Of a stretch of 59,429 nt of DNA, positions 36,849-47,802 are shown one piece after another (positions within the stretch are counted from its first letter, which is position 1; each line of letters begins with the position of its first letter). The translations under genes were made by a program, and so were the position numbers. The notes under the pieces were generated by a model. That model had not been told where the DNA came from, did no database searches, and saw nothing but the letters and a program-made list of their open reading frames with translations. Source of the stretch: a virus (Duplodnaviria; Caudoviricetes); IMG/VR virus record IMGVR_UViG_3300049913_000005, positions 1 through 59,429 of that record. One strand, written 5' to 3'.

Positions 36849-39005
36849 ATGGCGGATCCAGTTGTCGATCGGGTAGCGGTACAGATCAATGCTGATCTGA
36901 CAAAGTTTGCACAGCAGTTGCAGACCGGTATTGACGCACAACTAATGAAAACACAACGGGCTGCGACACAAGTTGTGCAGTCGATTGAACGTGATTTCTC
37001 TAGTCTTGCGTCAAGTATTCGACGAACTATGCAAGAAGGCAGTAGTTCTGCGACATCGTCATTGCATAATATGCAGGATTCTGCACGGTCAACTGGGTCA
37101 TCAATTGGTTCAGATTTTCGTCGTGCCGCGGAACAAAGTAACGGTGACTTTCGTAGTATGTCACACCAGTTTCAGGAAACGGCGCAATCTATCGATAGTC
37201 AAGCACAACGAATGGGCCAATCAATTAAGAGAGGTTCACAAGAAGGTTCGAATGGTATCTCTGAACTCTTAAAAGGTGGTGGTAGCGGTGGCATCATGGG
37301 ATTACTTGGCGCAATCCCAGGGGTAGGCATTGCTGCTGGCTTCATGGGTGGTATACTCGCCAGTAAGTTTCAGATGATATCAAGTCTCGTTAGCAATGCG
37401 ATTAGCATGGCAACAAACGCGGTGAAAAGTTTCATTCAACTGGGTATTGAAACATCAGTTAACTGGGAACAGTCACAACTGAAGTTTCAAGCATTGACTG
37501 GCTCGGTAAAAGAAGGCACCGCAATCTTCGAAGAATTGAAGCAATTTGCGGCACTCACACCATTCGAATTGTCTGACATTTTGCCTGCGGCAACGAGGTT
37601 CGTTGCGTTTGCCAAGGGTGTTAACATGACGAATGCACAATTGAAAGATTATCTTACCATTACAGGCGGAATCGCCAGTCTCCTGGGTGAGAATGGTGGG
37701 AACTACACCATTCAGCAGCTTTCAATGGTGTTTGGTCAGATCGCATCGAAAGGCAAACTGGCATACGAAGAGGTCATGCAGATCTCTGAGGCATTGCCAG
37801 GTTTTAGTGGTGTCGCGGTCATTGCAGCGCATTACGGTATCACAACGGCTGAAGCACAACAAAAACTATCGGCGGGTAGCATTAATGCCGCGGACGGCGT
37901 GGCGATTCTACTTGACGGTATGCGGAAGTTTCCTGGTGTCGCGAATGCAATGCAGACACAGAGCAAGACGCTTGGTGGACTCTGGTCTACAATGAAAGAC
38001 ACAATGGCGCAGACAGCTGCGACCTTTGTTGCGCCATTCATTCCAACTATTAAGAAAGCTATTGACTGGCTTTCGACTACTGGTGTGACAACTTTTCAGA
38101 AGGCTATCGCCGATATTAAAGGATACCTGAAGGAAGTTGGCGCTGATGTTCCAGGTCTTGCCGCAAGTTTTGCGAAGTTTGACTTTAAGGAAATAAAGAA
38201 GGATGTAAAGGAATGGGTGCAGCTTTTCATTGATCATAAGGCTGAGATCAAAGATATGATCGATGGCATGGTCATTGGCATACAGATGCTTATTTCCGCG
38301 ATACTTGTTGGTAGTGATGTTACACGCGGGTTTATGTCGATCACGCTTGATAGTTTCCGACTCATGGTCTTTGCGGCTCAATACTTCGTGGATGTGTTCT
38401 TAAATGGTTTAAGTATGATTTTGAACACAGCCGTTGCAGCATTCGGCTGGGTACCAGGTCTTGGCGACAAACTACGTACAGCGCAACAGAATGTAGCAAA
38501 TCTGCATACACAGGCAAGCGAACTATTTGGTGCGCTACGTAGTGGCGCCGCAATACACATTGACACATGGGGTGCATTGAACGCCATTGCAGGTGTGAGG
38601 GCTGCGGTTGGCAATTTACGAAATGATATTGGTGCTGGTATGGCATTGACGTACTCAAGTTATTATTACAGTACGTTTGGTGGACACGCTAGTGGTGGAG
38701 TTGAGTCGCCAGGTGGTGCACCATTCTGGGTCGGTGAAAAAGGACCCGAATTGATGCAATATGACCGGAATGGATTGCTTAAGATTCTTAGTTCGCAAAA
38801 ATCGAATGCATACGTCACACAGATGGCAAACGGTGGCGATGGTGCATCGCTCAACATTGGCGCGGTCAACGTGACCGTCAGCATCCCTCATACAGGATCT
38901 GATATCGATCCGTATGCGGCCGGTCAGCAGGTTGGAAACGGCATTGTAGACACACTTAGTGCCAGTGATTTATACCGTCGGCCACGACCGGCATTAGCGA
39001 TCTAG
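36849..39005 (+). CDS. Tape measure protein
   Basis: Ala/Gly-rich helical 718 aa, FAALTPFE, GQI..KGK, STMKD, WVGEKGPEL. Confidence 0.9.
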   Translation: MADPVVDRVAVQINADLTKFAQQLQTGIDAQLMKTQRAATQVVQSIERDFSSLASSIRRTMQEGSSSATSSLHNMQDSARSTGSSIGSDFRRAAEQSNGDFRSMSHQFQETAQSIDSQAQRMGQSIKRGSQEGSNGISELLKGGGSGGIMGLLGAIPGVGIAAGFMGGILASKFQMISSLVSNAISMATNAVKSFIQLGIETSVNWEQSQLKFQALTGSVKEGTAIFEELKQFAALTPFELSDILPAATRFVAFAKGVNMTNAQLKDYLTITGGIASLLGENGGNYTIQQLSMVFGQIASKGKLAYEEVMQISEALPGFSGVAVIAAHYGITTAEAQQKLSAGSINAADGVAILLDGMRKFPGVANAMQTQSKTLGGLWSTMKDTMAQTAATFVAPFIPTIKKAIDWLSTTGVTTFQKAIADIKGYLKEVGADVPGLAASFAKFDFKEIKKDVKEWVQLFIDHKAEIKDMIDGMVIGIQMLISAILVGSDVTRGFMSITLDSFRLMVFAAQYFVDVFLNGLSMILNTAVAAFGWVPGLGDKLRTAQQNVANLHTQASELFGALRSGAAIHIDTWGALNAIAGVRAAVGNLRNDIGAGMALTYSSYYYSTFGGHASGGVESPGGAPFWVGEKGPELMQYDRNGLLKILSSQKSNAYVTQMANGGDGASLNIGAVNVTVSIPHTGSDIDPYAAGQQVGNGIVDTLSASDLYRRPRPALAI

Positions 39006-39012
39006 GATTCAT

Positions 39013-39894
39013 ATGCAATCACCTGGATTACCGCAGCTTCCTTCTGAGATCATTGGAAGTCAGACTGACCCAACAGTGACACGTATTGGATGTGTTACGC
39101 GGTTTAATGCAGGACTTGTGACGGTTAACATTGGAGGTTCTAATGTTGATTGTACGTACATTTTACAGGTACAACCACAGCTTGCGGATCTTGTTATGGT
39201 TACGCGTCAAGGTCCAACATGGGTTATCGTCGGTACACTCTCAGCAATTCCTAGTTCGAATGCAATATTAAACTCGACATTTGATACTGACGCCATAGGT
39301 GCGATGCCGGCAAATTGGACATACCAACGATGTGTTGGTGGTGTGACAGACCCAACAACGGTGCTCGTACGTTCACTGGACATTGAGGCAACGTCAAATT
39401 ATGTGCATGGATCAAAAGTTGTAGCATTCTTTACCCCCTGGGCGACAGGTGGTGCACATCTTGTTATTGACTGGATGTATTCGAATCCTATTCCTGTGAT
39501 TCCTGGTCAATATTGGACTGCGAATGGCTTCATTCGATCAGCTGATGATCTATTTGGTACCGCAGTAGATGAATCAAACTTGAATGACATTACCGCATAT
39601 ATTATACTTGCATTTTTTGCCAATTCTGCTAGCCCAGGTGTCGCTATCTGTGGCGCGACAGCGGTAGGTCGCGCACTTGGTTCACATTTCCCGTGGAGTA
39701 GAATCGTCGCATCTGGTGGTGTCGACCCAGTAAGTGGTACGGTTTGGCTTGCGTCGTCTCATGGTATATTTGTGCCACCAGGATATACGCATCTTCGTGT
39801 CATGGTTGGCAGTAGTACTACATTAATAAGAGGCAGTGCTACAACTGGTGCACATGTCCTGTGGGACCGCATTATCGCACAACAAGTAATTTAG
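39013..39894 (+). CDS. Minor tail protein (carbohydrate-binding-like C-terminus)
   Basis: Position after tape measure; N.TFD...W, PV.PG..W pattern. Confidence 0.6.
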   Translation: MQSPGLPQLPSEIIGSQTDPTVTRIGCVTRFNAGLVTVNIGGSNVDCTYILQVQPQLADLVMVTRQGPTWVIVGTLSAIPSSNAILNSTFDTDAIGAMPANWTYQRCVGGVTDPTTVLVRSLDIEATSNYVHGSKVVAFFTPWATGGAHLVIDWMYSNPIPVIPGQYWTANGFIRSADDLFGTAVDESNLNDITAYIILAFFANSASPGVAICGATAVGRALGSHFPWSRIVASGGVDPVSGTVWLASSHGIFVPPGYTHLRVMVGSSTTLIRGSATTGAHVLWDRIIAQQVI

Positions 39895-39904
39895 AAAGGA
39901 TAAC

Positions 39905-40378
39905 ATGAAGGCTGGATATGGCGCTAACACTGAAGGTGCTGTTGCATTGTCTGCGGGTGTTGCGCGTACGATTCTTGGTGTGCTTGCTCCGGCGTCATTT
40001 GGTGTCGATCTCATTGGATTTAGAGTTGCATTTGACGGTGTGACGGCTGCAAATGTGCCGGTACTTGTTGAACTCGGTGCATGTACATTTGCGACGAAGC
40101 CGCCGGGCACGAATAGTACGGCAGTGACTGTTGACCAGACATATGGTCGATCGATCGTCGCAGGGTTTACTGCAGCATCATCGTGGGCGGCGGCGAATGA
40201 ACCAACTACTATCACACCGATTGATGAATGGTTGCTTACGCCTAATGGTGGGTTGGTTATGTATGACTTCCCACGTGACCGTACTCCGGATAACGCCGTG
40301 GCAACTGGTTTCGTGATTCGGTGTAATGCGCCTGCAAATGTTAATGTTCGTGGGACATTGTTCTTTGAGCGGGTATAA
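39905..40378 (+). CDS. Virion structural protein
   Basis: Beta-rich sequence within the tail module; AAAGGA RBS. Confidence 0.55.
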   Translation: MKAGYGANTEGAVALSAGVARTILGVLAPASFGVDLIGFRVAFDGVTAANVPVLVELGACTFATKPPGTNSTAVTVDQTYGRSIVAGFTAASSWAAANEPTTITPIDEWLLTPNGGLVMYDFPRDRTPDNAVATGFVIRCNAPANVNVRGTLFFERV

Positions 40379-40381
40379 TAT

Positions 40382-41413
40382 ATGCGCGTAATGACTACGA
40401 CTGCAGTCGTAAACAATGTAGCTCGTTTCGACGCATCACGGTTGCGATCGATGTCGGGTGGATACTTCGTACGTACTGGTGCCGCTAGTCCACCTGTATT
40501 CGTCATAAATGCTGTGGCAAAACAGCAAGGCGCATGGCCTAAAAGTGGCACACCGCGGAGTAATGCGACGGCATATGCATTCAGTGGCACATGCACTGCA
40601 GCGTCTGCACTTATTGTAATTGACTGGCCGGTACTCGGCACAACTGCAGTATATGTGCATCGTGTCACACCAGATGGTACACGTACATCTGTTCGTGGTA
40701 GTCCAGCTACGCCATCTGATTCGCACATTGTGTTTTGGGACAATGAAGTTCCGTTAAACACTAATGTGTACTATGTCGTATGCGCGCAAGGTACAATATT
40801 GATCTCGAACACGATTAATATCGTCAGTACTACTGGATGGTTGCGTGATCCATTAAGTCCGAATTTGGACTTGTGCGTCTCACTTGACACTTCACCAAAT
40901 CAGCCGTGCCCAACTGACAATGCTGTCACTCTTTCAGCATTTGACGCCAATGCTTATGCGTCGAGAAGTGGCATCTTTCCAATTCTTAATGCAGCACGTC
41001 CAGCAGTTACGACAATGATGCGTCGTGATTTAACGAGCGCATTAAGTCTCATTACACGTCAAGCGGCGGATGCGACGCATGTGCATGACATTCTTATGTC
41101 TGGTCGTGTACTACTACTCCAGCTACCGAGTATTGACTACGGCTGGGGTTCATATGGTAGTGACTACATTGCGGCTGACAATGTTACGGCGTCACGACCT
41201 GACCGTGCTGACATGCGCATGCCGGGTAGAACGTGGAGTGTGCCATTTGCAGTCGCAAACATGCCTGCAGGTCCTACTAATCTTGTAGGTGGAAATGCTG
41301 TACCACCGCCAAATGCAACATGGGGTAGCTTAGCAGCATCAGGTATGTCATGGCTTGTGGTATCAACTTCATATGCAACATGGCTTGATCTGGCAAAGGA
41401 TGACAGTTTCTAA
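40382..41413 (+). CDS. Minor tail protein
   Basis: D.E.PLN..V.Y, WLRDP..P, TW..L....TW.DL C-terminus. Confidence 0.65.
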   Translation: MRVMTTTAVVNNVARFDASRLRSMSGGYFVRTGAASPPVFVINAVAKQQGAWPKSGTPRSNATAYAFSGTCTAASALIVIDWPVLGTTAVYVHRVTPDGTRTSVRGSPATPSDSHIVFWDNEVPLNTNVYYVVCAQGTILISNTINIVSTTGWLRDPLSPNLDLCVSLDTSPNQPCPTDNAVTLSAFDANAYASRSGIFPILNAARPAVTTMMRRDLTSALSLITRQAADATHVHDILMSGRVLLLQLPSIDYGWGSYGSDYIAADNVTASRPDRADMRMPGRTWSVPFAVANMPAGPTNLVGGNAVPPPNATWGSLAASGMSWLVVSTSYATWLDLAKDDSF

Positions 41414-42495
41414 TGTGGTCTATTACGACTGACCACTACCGTGCACTTACGGGTGGGTATCCGTGCCAACTTATAATGACAGTGAGTCCACCAAGTGTAC
41501 GCGCAGTGGATATACCTATCATCGCATTGACATTGAATGCGAATGTTAATGCGCGTGTGACACGTGCATTACCCATCACGGTTAATCGTGACATTATTGA
41601 CAGTGGTCTATTGAATCCTCTTACTGACTGGGTATTTGTTCGCGCACGTATGAATGGATATCCAGATATCCCATTATTTGCAGGTAAACCCAGTAGTATG
41701 AATATCGCAGATACTGGACAAGCCACAGTTCGATGTTTTGACATTGTCGATGACTTGTGTAATAACGATTTCATTACCCCCTGGGTGACATCGAAGACGA
41801 CACTTGCATCTGAAATTGCAGCGATTGTGCACGACGCGTTGCCGAATGTAAGTGTAAACACGTCTATTGTTCCTGTAATGTCACCGCCAGCATTAACGTG
41901 GGAAACTGATCATGGTCAAGCTTTAGATGATCTATCAAAGGGCGTTAATTTATTGTGGGCTGGTGACCGTGTCGGTGGCGTAGTACTGCGCACAAATCCA
42001 TATGTAGTATCGTCACCTATAAGTGTAATGTCACTTACCGATGAAAGTGACGGTATACTTGTTGATTACACACAGACAATAAGTCGTGAAAAGATATACA
42101 ATGCTGTCACTGTTGTCGTTGAACGCGCCGACGGCGCCATTCCAATACGTGTGACTGCTTATGATAACAATTTAGCCAGCCCTACATTGTGGGATGGTCC
42201 ATTTGGACGTCGAAACAAAGTCGTTAAGGCGCCCACAGTCATGGACATTACATCTGCAGGTATACTTGCACGTCGATTGCTGACACAATCAATCTGTCTC
42301 ACAAAAACATGGCGTCTTACAGCACCTGTACTATTGACACTTGATCCATCTGATGTCATACGTGTTCGATATCGCCAACAGTGGTCAACACATGTTGTAG
42401 AGACCATTGATATTAATGACAAATTAAGCACAACAATCACGACACGTGAGTTCCGTGTCATTGATCCGTCGCTGATTTCATTACTCATTACATAG
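41413..42495 (+). CDS. Minor tail protein (baseplate-hub-like)
   Basis: SRE.IYNAV.V, D....SPT.W.GPFG, LDP.DVI. Confidence 0.65.
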   Translation: MWSITTDHYRALTGGYPCQLIMTVSPPSVRAVDIPIIALTLNANVNARVTRALPITVNRDIIDSGLLNPLTDWVFVRARMNGYPDIPLFAGKPSSMNIADTGQATVRCFDIVDDLCNNDFITPWVTSKTTLASEIAAIVHDALPNVSVNTSIVPVMSPPALTWETDHGQALDDLSKGVNLLWAGDRVGGVVLRTNPYVVSSPISVMSLTDESDGILVDYTQTISREKIYNAVTVVVERADGAIPIRVTAYDNNLASPTLWDGPFGRRNKVVKAPTVMDITSAGILARRLLTQSICLTKTWRLTAPVLLTLDPSDVIRVRYRQQWSTHVVETIDINDKLSTTITTREFRVIDPSLISLLIT

Positions 42496-42502
42496 AGGTC
42501 AA

Positions 42503-43195
42503 ATGCCAACAACGAGTGCTAATCAGGGTTTAATACTACCGTCACTGACAGATGCAGCAAATATGGTCACTACAATGGCATCATATAATAATGGTGTTGA
42601 ACCACGACTTGTCTTACGATTTTTGTCCATTGCAGATCGAACAGCGCGTATGCCAATCCCAGACGACGGTATGATTGGTGTAATGCTTGATACAGGTACA
42701 CCAGTATTAGGTAAAAGTGGCGTCTGGACATCATTAGTTACAGCCAATGTACTTGGTTGGGTCGGACAGAACGTACAGGCTGCAAGCATTACTTCGACAA
42801 ATGCTGGTGGCCACATCGAAACATTCGGTGCCGCAGGTGATGGTGCGGTGACAGCAAATCTAATTGCTGGTGCACGATACGCGTATTCATATACCGGATC
42901 AATAACTGGGACTGTCGGTGACGCATGCTACATACGACTACGATATAAGCAGGGTGCGGTATGCGACGCAACTGGTACACAATTAACCGGTGGTCTACGC
43001 GCTGAATATCAATTCGCATCTGGCAGCATTCGAACCGTAAGTATTACGGGTACATTCGTTGCACCGGCAAGTACACAGTATACGGTTGCAGTGTCGATCG
43101 ATTGGTATGCAGGTGGTGCCAATGACATTTCGCTGTATGCTACTGCTGGTGTGAGCGAACCTCTTGGTGTATTAACATGTGTCGCGAGTCCGTGA
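42503..43195 (+). CDS. Minor tail / fibre-associated protein
   Basis: MPTT...GL..P...D, RF.S.A.R....P.P..GM. Confidence 0.6.
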   Translation: MPTTSANQGLILPSLTDAANMVTTMASYNNGVEPRLVLRFLSIADRTARMPIPDDGMIGVMLDTGTPVLGKSGVWTSLVTANVLGWVGQNVQAASITSTNAGGHIETFGAAGDGAVTANLIAGARYAYSYTGSITGTVGDACYIRLRYKQGAVCDATGTQLTGGLRAEYQFASGSIRTVSITGTFVAPASTQYTVAVSIDWYAGGANDISLYATAGVSEPLGVLTCVASP

Positions 43196-43286
43196 TATGA
43201 ATACATGCACATATGCATATATCATTGCTACGAATATGTGATATTATACAAATAATATCGAATACATATAACTATGAAGGACGCAA

Positions 43287-43992
43287 TGTGCGTGCTATTA
43301 TCTTCGCAGGTGGATCTGCGACACGATGGCGCAATCATCTAGGTGTGCCAAAACATTTAGCGCCATTCCCACGCAATGCAGATGGTGATACCGAACGTCT
43401 TATCGATCGGACAGCACGACAATTACATGAGCATAATGTGCATGATATTAATATCATTGCACCCCCCAATGATCCACGATACATGATCCAGGGGGGTGGT
43501 ACAACATTGCATCCACGCACACTTAAATTGTCTGATAACGGTTGTGACGTGTGGTTACGTTCATCATCATTGTGGAGTATCACCGGACGAACACTTGTAT
43601 TACTTGGTGATGTTCGATTTACAGATGATGCTATGGATCATATTACGCAGTCGTATGACGACTGGACATTCTTTTGCCGACTCGGTGCATCTGCGCTTAC
43701 AGGATGCGCATGGGGTGAAGACTTTGGATGCTCATTTCTGCCAGAACATCATGAAGAGTGGCTTCAGGCGTTAACATATGTGTCTAATCTTTATCGTAAA
43801 GATGAACTTGACCGCGCCGGTGGATGGGAAGCATGGCAGTGCATGGGAGGTGAATGCAGCCCACAGATTCCGCCAGTAGAACCACCTGATCCGCGTGTTG
43901 TTTATATTGATGACTTGACTGATGATATCGACTTCGTTGAAGACTGGCGCCGACTTACCAATAAGATTCGAGAAATGAATGAGTATGACTAA
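43287..43992 (+). CDS. Sugar-phosphate nucleotidyltransferase (NTP_transf-like)
   Basis: AIIFAGGSATRW...PKHL, LLGDV, DIDF; GTG start after AAGGA. Confidence 0.75.
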
Positions 43993-44596
43993 TAATCGTA
44001 TCACCGTAGTGACAGCGTCGATCCCCATTCGGTATGCATTGCTTACGCGTGCCGTGCATTCTGCAGCGACACAGACACAGAAGCCGCACGCATTATCGAT
44101 CGCAATCGATACCGCGCGAGAAGGTGCACCCGCAACGCGGCAACGTGCACTTATGGCTGTTAACCCGAAGGAAACCCCCTGGGTGGCCATTCTTGACGAC
44201 GATGATGAGTTTATGCCGCATCATCTTGACCATCTACTGCAGTTTGCAAAAGATGGAGATTATGACTTCGTATACTCATGGTTTAAGATCGTAGTTGGAC
44301 GAAAGATCTATGACTATGATCCTGTGTTTCCAAAGACACATTTTACTGAACCATGGGATCCAGCGAATCCGCGTCATACGACGGTTACGACACTTGTAAA
44401 GACGGAACTTGCGCAGACCGTAGGATACAACACACCAGACGTACGCGACGCTACAGCACGTGCACGCAACACGGATGAAGACTGGCGTTTCGTACTTGAA
44501 TGCAATCGGCTTGGTAAGATTGGACATCTTGTCGAGCACACGTGGTATTGGCATCATGACAGTGAGAATACGTCGGGTCTTCCGAGTCGGTGGTAG
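43979..44596 (+). CDS. GT2-family glycosyltransferase
   Basis: ITVVTASIP.R, G...TR, ILDDDD, EDW. Confidence 0.85.
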   Translation: MSMTNNRITVVTASIPIRYALLTRAVHSAATQTQKPHALSIAIDTAREGAPATRQRALMAVNPKETPWVAILDDDDEFMPHHLDHLLQFAKDGDYDFVYSWFKIVVGRKIYDYDPVFPKTHFTEPWDPANPRHTTVTTLVKTELAQTVGYNTPDVRDATARARNTDEDWRFVLECNRLGKIGHLVEHTWYWHHDSENTSGLPSRW

Positions 44597-44598
44597 TT

Positions 44599-44775
44599 AT
44601 GCGTCTTCGTAGGTATGAGTTCACACGATGGGCTGCAAATAAGACATCCGTTGAGGTCGAACGAGTTGAATTCACTCATAATGGTGACATTGTGTTCTGG
44701 ACCGGAGATATCTTAATATTGGCGGTTAAATTCGGTGATTGGAACAATCTTCATGAGGTAATCGACACAGAATGA
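44599..44775 (+). CDS. Hypothetical protein
   Basis: Short ORF coupled between the two glycosyltransferases. Confidence 0.45.
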   Translation: MRLRRYEFTRWAANKTSVEVERVEFTHNGDIVFWTGDILILAVKFGDWNNLHEVIDTE

Positions 44776-45848
44776 AAATTTATGTCTATCCCGCAGATAT
44801 ACATGGTTGCGGTTATTATCGTCTCATCTGGGCGTCACGTGAACTTCAACGTTTAGGTCATGATGTGTCACTTGAGATGCCAGGTGCGCATCCGCGACTC
44901 GATGTTGTAATGGAAGGTAACAAGCCGAAAGAAGTTCATATACCACAAGATGCCGATGTCATGGTCTTTCAACGTGTGACGCATAGTTATCTTGCGAACG
45001 CAATTTCGATTATGCGTAATCATGGTGTTGCAGTTGTTGTCGATGTGGATGACGATCTCGCACGTCTTCATACTGAGAACGGCGCATTTGATGCCATGCA
45101 TCCGCGAAATCTTCGTTCCGGTACATCGCAACATTCGTGGCATATGCTCGAGAAAGCATGTCAAGATGCAACACTTGTGACTACGTCAACAGACACGTTA
45201 GCACAACGATACGCAAAACATGGTCGATACTGTGTCATTCCGAATTACATTCCGCGACGATATCTCACTATTCCACATATCGATACAGATATGATCGGGT
45301 ACCCAGGATTACTGTCGACGCATGCAAATGATGTTGAGATACTTGGGTCATCAATCGCACGACTTATGCATGATGGTCATGATTTCATGACAATCGGTGA
45401 CACAAGTGGTATTGATCGCACACTTAATCTACCACGCGCACCAATCTCGCATGGACCTGCCGATCTCGCACAGTGGCCCACAGCACTTACCACCATCGGA
45501 ATTGGTTTGGCGCCACTTGCCGATACGGAATTTAACCGTTCTAAGTCGTGGCTTAAAATGATGGAGATGGCGGCAGTTGGCGTGCCATGTGTTGGTTCAC
45601 CACGACGTGAATATATGAAGTTGCACAAGCAATATGGCATCGGTGTGCTAGCGGAGAAACCAAAACATTGGTACGCAACTGTGCGACGACTAGTAAATAA
45701 CACTACAGAACGCACAGACTTGTCATTGCGCGGGTATGAAGGTGTTCGACGACTTATACTCGAAGAACATGTAAGTGAGTGGCTTGCCGCATGGATGACC
45801 GCACGCGACATTGAGATCGGTCTAGCGGTGCCGCGAGCGGGTCGTTAG
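44772..45848 (+). CDS. GT-B (GT4-like) glycosyltransferase
   Basis: GCGYYR, FQR, DVDDDL, IPNY, IGLAPL...FN.SKS.LK.ME...G.P. Confidence 0.85.
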   Translation: MKIYVYPADIHGCGYYRLIWASRELQRLGHDVSLEMPGAHPRLDVVMEGNKPKEVHIPQDADVMVFQRVTHSYLANAISIMRNHGVAVVVDVDDDLARLHTENGAFDAMHPRNLRSGTSQHSWHMLEKACQDATLVTTSTDTLAQRYAKHGRYCVIPNYIPRRYLTIPHIDTDMIGYPGLLSTHANDVEILGSSIARLMHDGHDFMTIGDTSGIDRTLNLPRAPISHGPADLAQWPTALTTIGIGLAPLADTEFNRSKSWLKMMEMAAVGVPCVGSPRREYMKLHKQYGIGVLAEKPKHWYATVRRLVNNTTERTDLSLRGYEGVRRLILEEHVSEWLAAWMTARDIEIGLAVPRAGR

Positions 45849-45888
45849 CGGTAGTCTACGGTTCGCTGGTACGGAATTATCCAGTAAG

Positions 45889-45928
45889 ATAATCAAAGCC
45901 GTCAGGATGACCTGACGGCTTTGATTAT
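45889..45928. terminator. Bidirectional terminator between the convergent genome arms
   Basis: Perfect 18-bp stem ATAATCAAAGCCGTCAGG-ATGA-CCTGACGGCTTTGATTAT. Confidence 0.85.
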
Positions 45929-45932
45929 ATGA

Positions 45933-46229
45933 TCAGATGTGACCGAGTTGTTCTGCACGCCTAATTGCGTCATGGTATGTCAACTGTTCGATCGCTACAC
46001 GATCCGGTAGTTCAACTTCAGTCATAGCGAATCGACTCACACCGGCATCGTCAAGACTGACATATTGGAATGCCCAGTTGCGACCAAATACCGATGCCAA
46101 CATTCGTGCGCGCGCGGTCTCATATTCACCTGCAACGTTTACGTAACAATTCGCAAGTGATGCGTTTGTGACTGGATGCCTATGCACGAATCCAAATGTA
46201 AAGATGTGTGATGTTTCCGTTACATTCAT
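45933..46229 (-). CDS. Hypothetical protein
   Basis: AGGAG RBS; FTFG...H, W.FQY pattern. Confidence 0.6.
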   Translation of the reverse strand: MNVTETSHIFTFGFVHRHPVTNASLANCYVNVAGEYETARARMLASVFGRNWAFQYVSLDDAGVSRFAMTEVELPDRVAIEQLTYHDAIRRAEQLGHI

Positions 46230-46237
46230 CATTTCTC

Positions 46238-46591
46238 CTATAATGACCATGTGAGTCCGCACGACATACACATACTGTATTGATTATGCGCACTAACATT
46301 CTGTGTATTGCATTGTGGACATGACTTTCGTTGTCTATGCGAATTAAGTTGTCTCCGCTGATATGCTGTTAACCCTCCGTAGATTTCGTCCCATTCACCC
46401 AGGGGGTCCTCAATCAACGCATACATAAGACAGTCTTGTCGTACACCGCATCTATCACATATGGCCTGTACCCCTGGGTCTGGGGTGATGTCCCATGCAT
46501 TTGCGGAGAACCGCAGCATCGTGATAGATGTTGTGCCGATTGGTGGATGTCGGCACAACCCATCCTCCGACCATTCGCGAAACGATCGCAT
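46238..46591 (-). CDS. whiB: WhiB-family transcription factor with C-terminal zinc ribbon
   Basis: W...GLC, C..C.VR..CL.YAL, IYGGLT..QR; additional CPQC/CMSC. Confidence 0.8.
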   Translation of the reverse strand: MRSFREWSEDGLCRHPPIGTTSITMLRFSANAWDITPDPGVQAICDRCGVRQDCLMYALIEDPLGEWDEIYGGLTAYQRRQLNSHRQRKSCPQCNTQNVSAHNQYSMCMSCGLTWSL

Positions 46592-46592
46592 G

Positions 46593-46952
46593 TTACTCTT
46601 CTTGATACTGTTCATGCATTTCTGTACGAAGTTGACGTAGTTCTCGCAGGATATCATACAGCAGTCGTGCCGACGCAAGATTTGCATACATCGTCGCCTG
46701 CGCCATGTACCACATGTTATCGCCTTTTGCAGCGTTCACGATCATATCGCTGGCAGCGTGTTGCTGTCCAATCTTCTCTGCTGTTAACCCAGGTAGCGCG
46801 GACTTACCATGCTGAATTGCGGTAGCACGATTGATCAACTGTTCAATGCGTGTATTTACACGATCACGACGTGCCTCCGCAGTGGTGACACATCGTTCAG
46901 CTTCGCGAAGAAACCCAACCGCGGTATGCTTGCCATCTGTGTTCACCGTCAT
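46593..46952 (-). CDS. Hypothetical protein
   Basis: GGAGG RBS; helical. Confidence 0.6.
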   Translation of the reverse strand: MTVNTDGKHTAVGFLREAERCVTTAEARRDRVNTRIEQLINRATAIQHGKSALPGLTAEKIGQQHAASDMIVNAAKGDNMWYMAQATMYANLASARLLYDILRELRQLRTEMHEQYQEE

Positions 46953-46956
46953 GTCA

Positions 46957-47769
46957 TTACCTCCCTAACGTGCCTTGGTTTCCCCCTGGGTTGTTGATAC
47001 GGTCCTGGCCGATATCTGCCTGGTGACCCGCTACGCCGCCCGCGTGCGTACCGTCCGTGAAGTAGTTGCGCGTGCGTCCGTTACCAATTTTCATATTATC
47101 GGTCATCCAGTCTTTGATCGTCTTCGCACGATCGACCAGCACGAGATCGGTACCGGGTGTCGTGATAGTGACGTCGGCGACCTGTGTCGTGTATGCGCGA
47201 TAGACACGATCGGCGACGGTACAACCAAATCCAAGAATGAATGACTTACGAAGCGTGTGCCGTTCCGAACCCTTCATGGTGGACTCGGTCCAACGAATTT
47301 CGTCACTCTTGACATATGACCCGAGAGCCGTAAGCGCCTGCAGCATCAATGACGCCGTCAGCATCTTGACGCGGTCAACATCGCTTGTGTACCCGACAAC
47401 TACAGGATGATGATTGCCACCGCGACCAGCCACGAGACCTTGAAGACCAAGCGCACGTGCGATGCGGATGACGAGTACCGTCAACTCATATGAATAGTAC
47501 CTTGGTCCGATGACATCGAGATGAAATACGCCGATGGTCTCGATACGAAGTCGATCACGCGATGACACCATTGCATCGTCGATGCTCCACTGGATCATAA
47601 GAGCATTAGCCTTTGCCTGGAATGCATCGCGTTCCGCGTCGGTGGCACCTTTTGCCTCGGCCATCGCGAGCAACTTACGAATCTTTTCGATCCGGTCCGC
47701 ATTCGGGTCGGCGTGTGTCAATGTGGCCAACTCCTCATATGTCGTATCTGGACTCATCAGCACGAGCAT
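46957..47769 (-). CDS. DUF2786-domain protein
   Basis: IEKIRKLLAMAE...T.AE...F..KA..LM; SF..GF; G..AG..ADIG. Confidence 0.8.
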   Translation of the reverse strand: MLVLMSPDTTYEELATLTHADPNADRIEKIRKLLAMAEAKGATDAERDAFQAKANALMIQWSIDDAMVSSRDRLRIETIGVFHLDVIGPRYYSYELTVLVIRIARALGLQGLVAGRGGNHHPVVVGYTSDVDRVKMLTASLMLQALTALGSYVKSDEIRWTESTMKGSERHTLRKSFILGFGCTVADRVYRAYTTQVADVTITTPGTDLVLVDRAKTIKDWMTDNMKIGNGRTRNYFTDGTHAGGVAGHQADIGQDRINNPGGNQGTLGR

Positions 47770-47802
47770 AACTCGTGGACGCCCCGAGGGGCGTTTCGTC
47801 CT

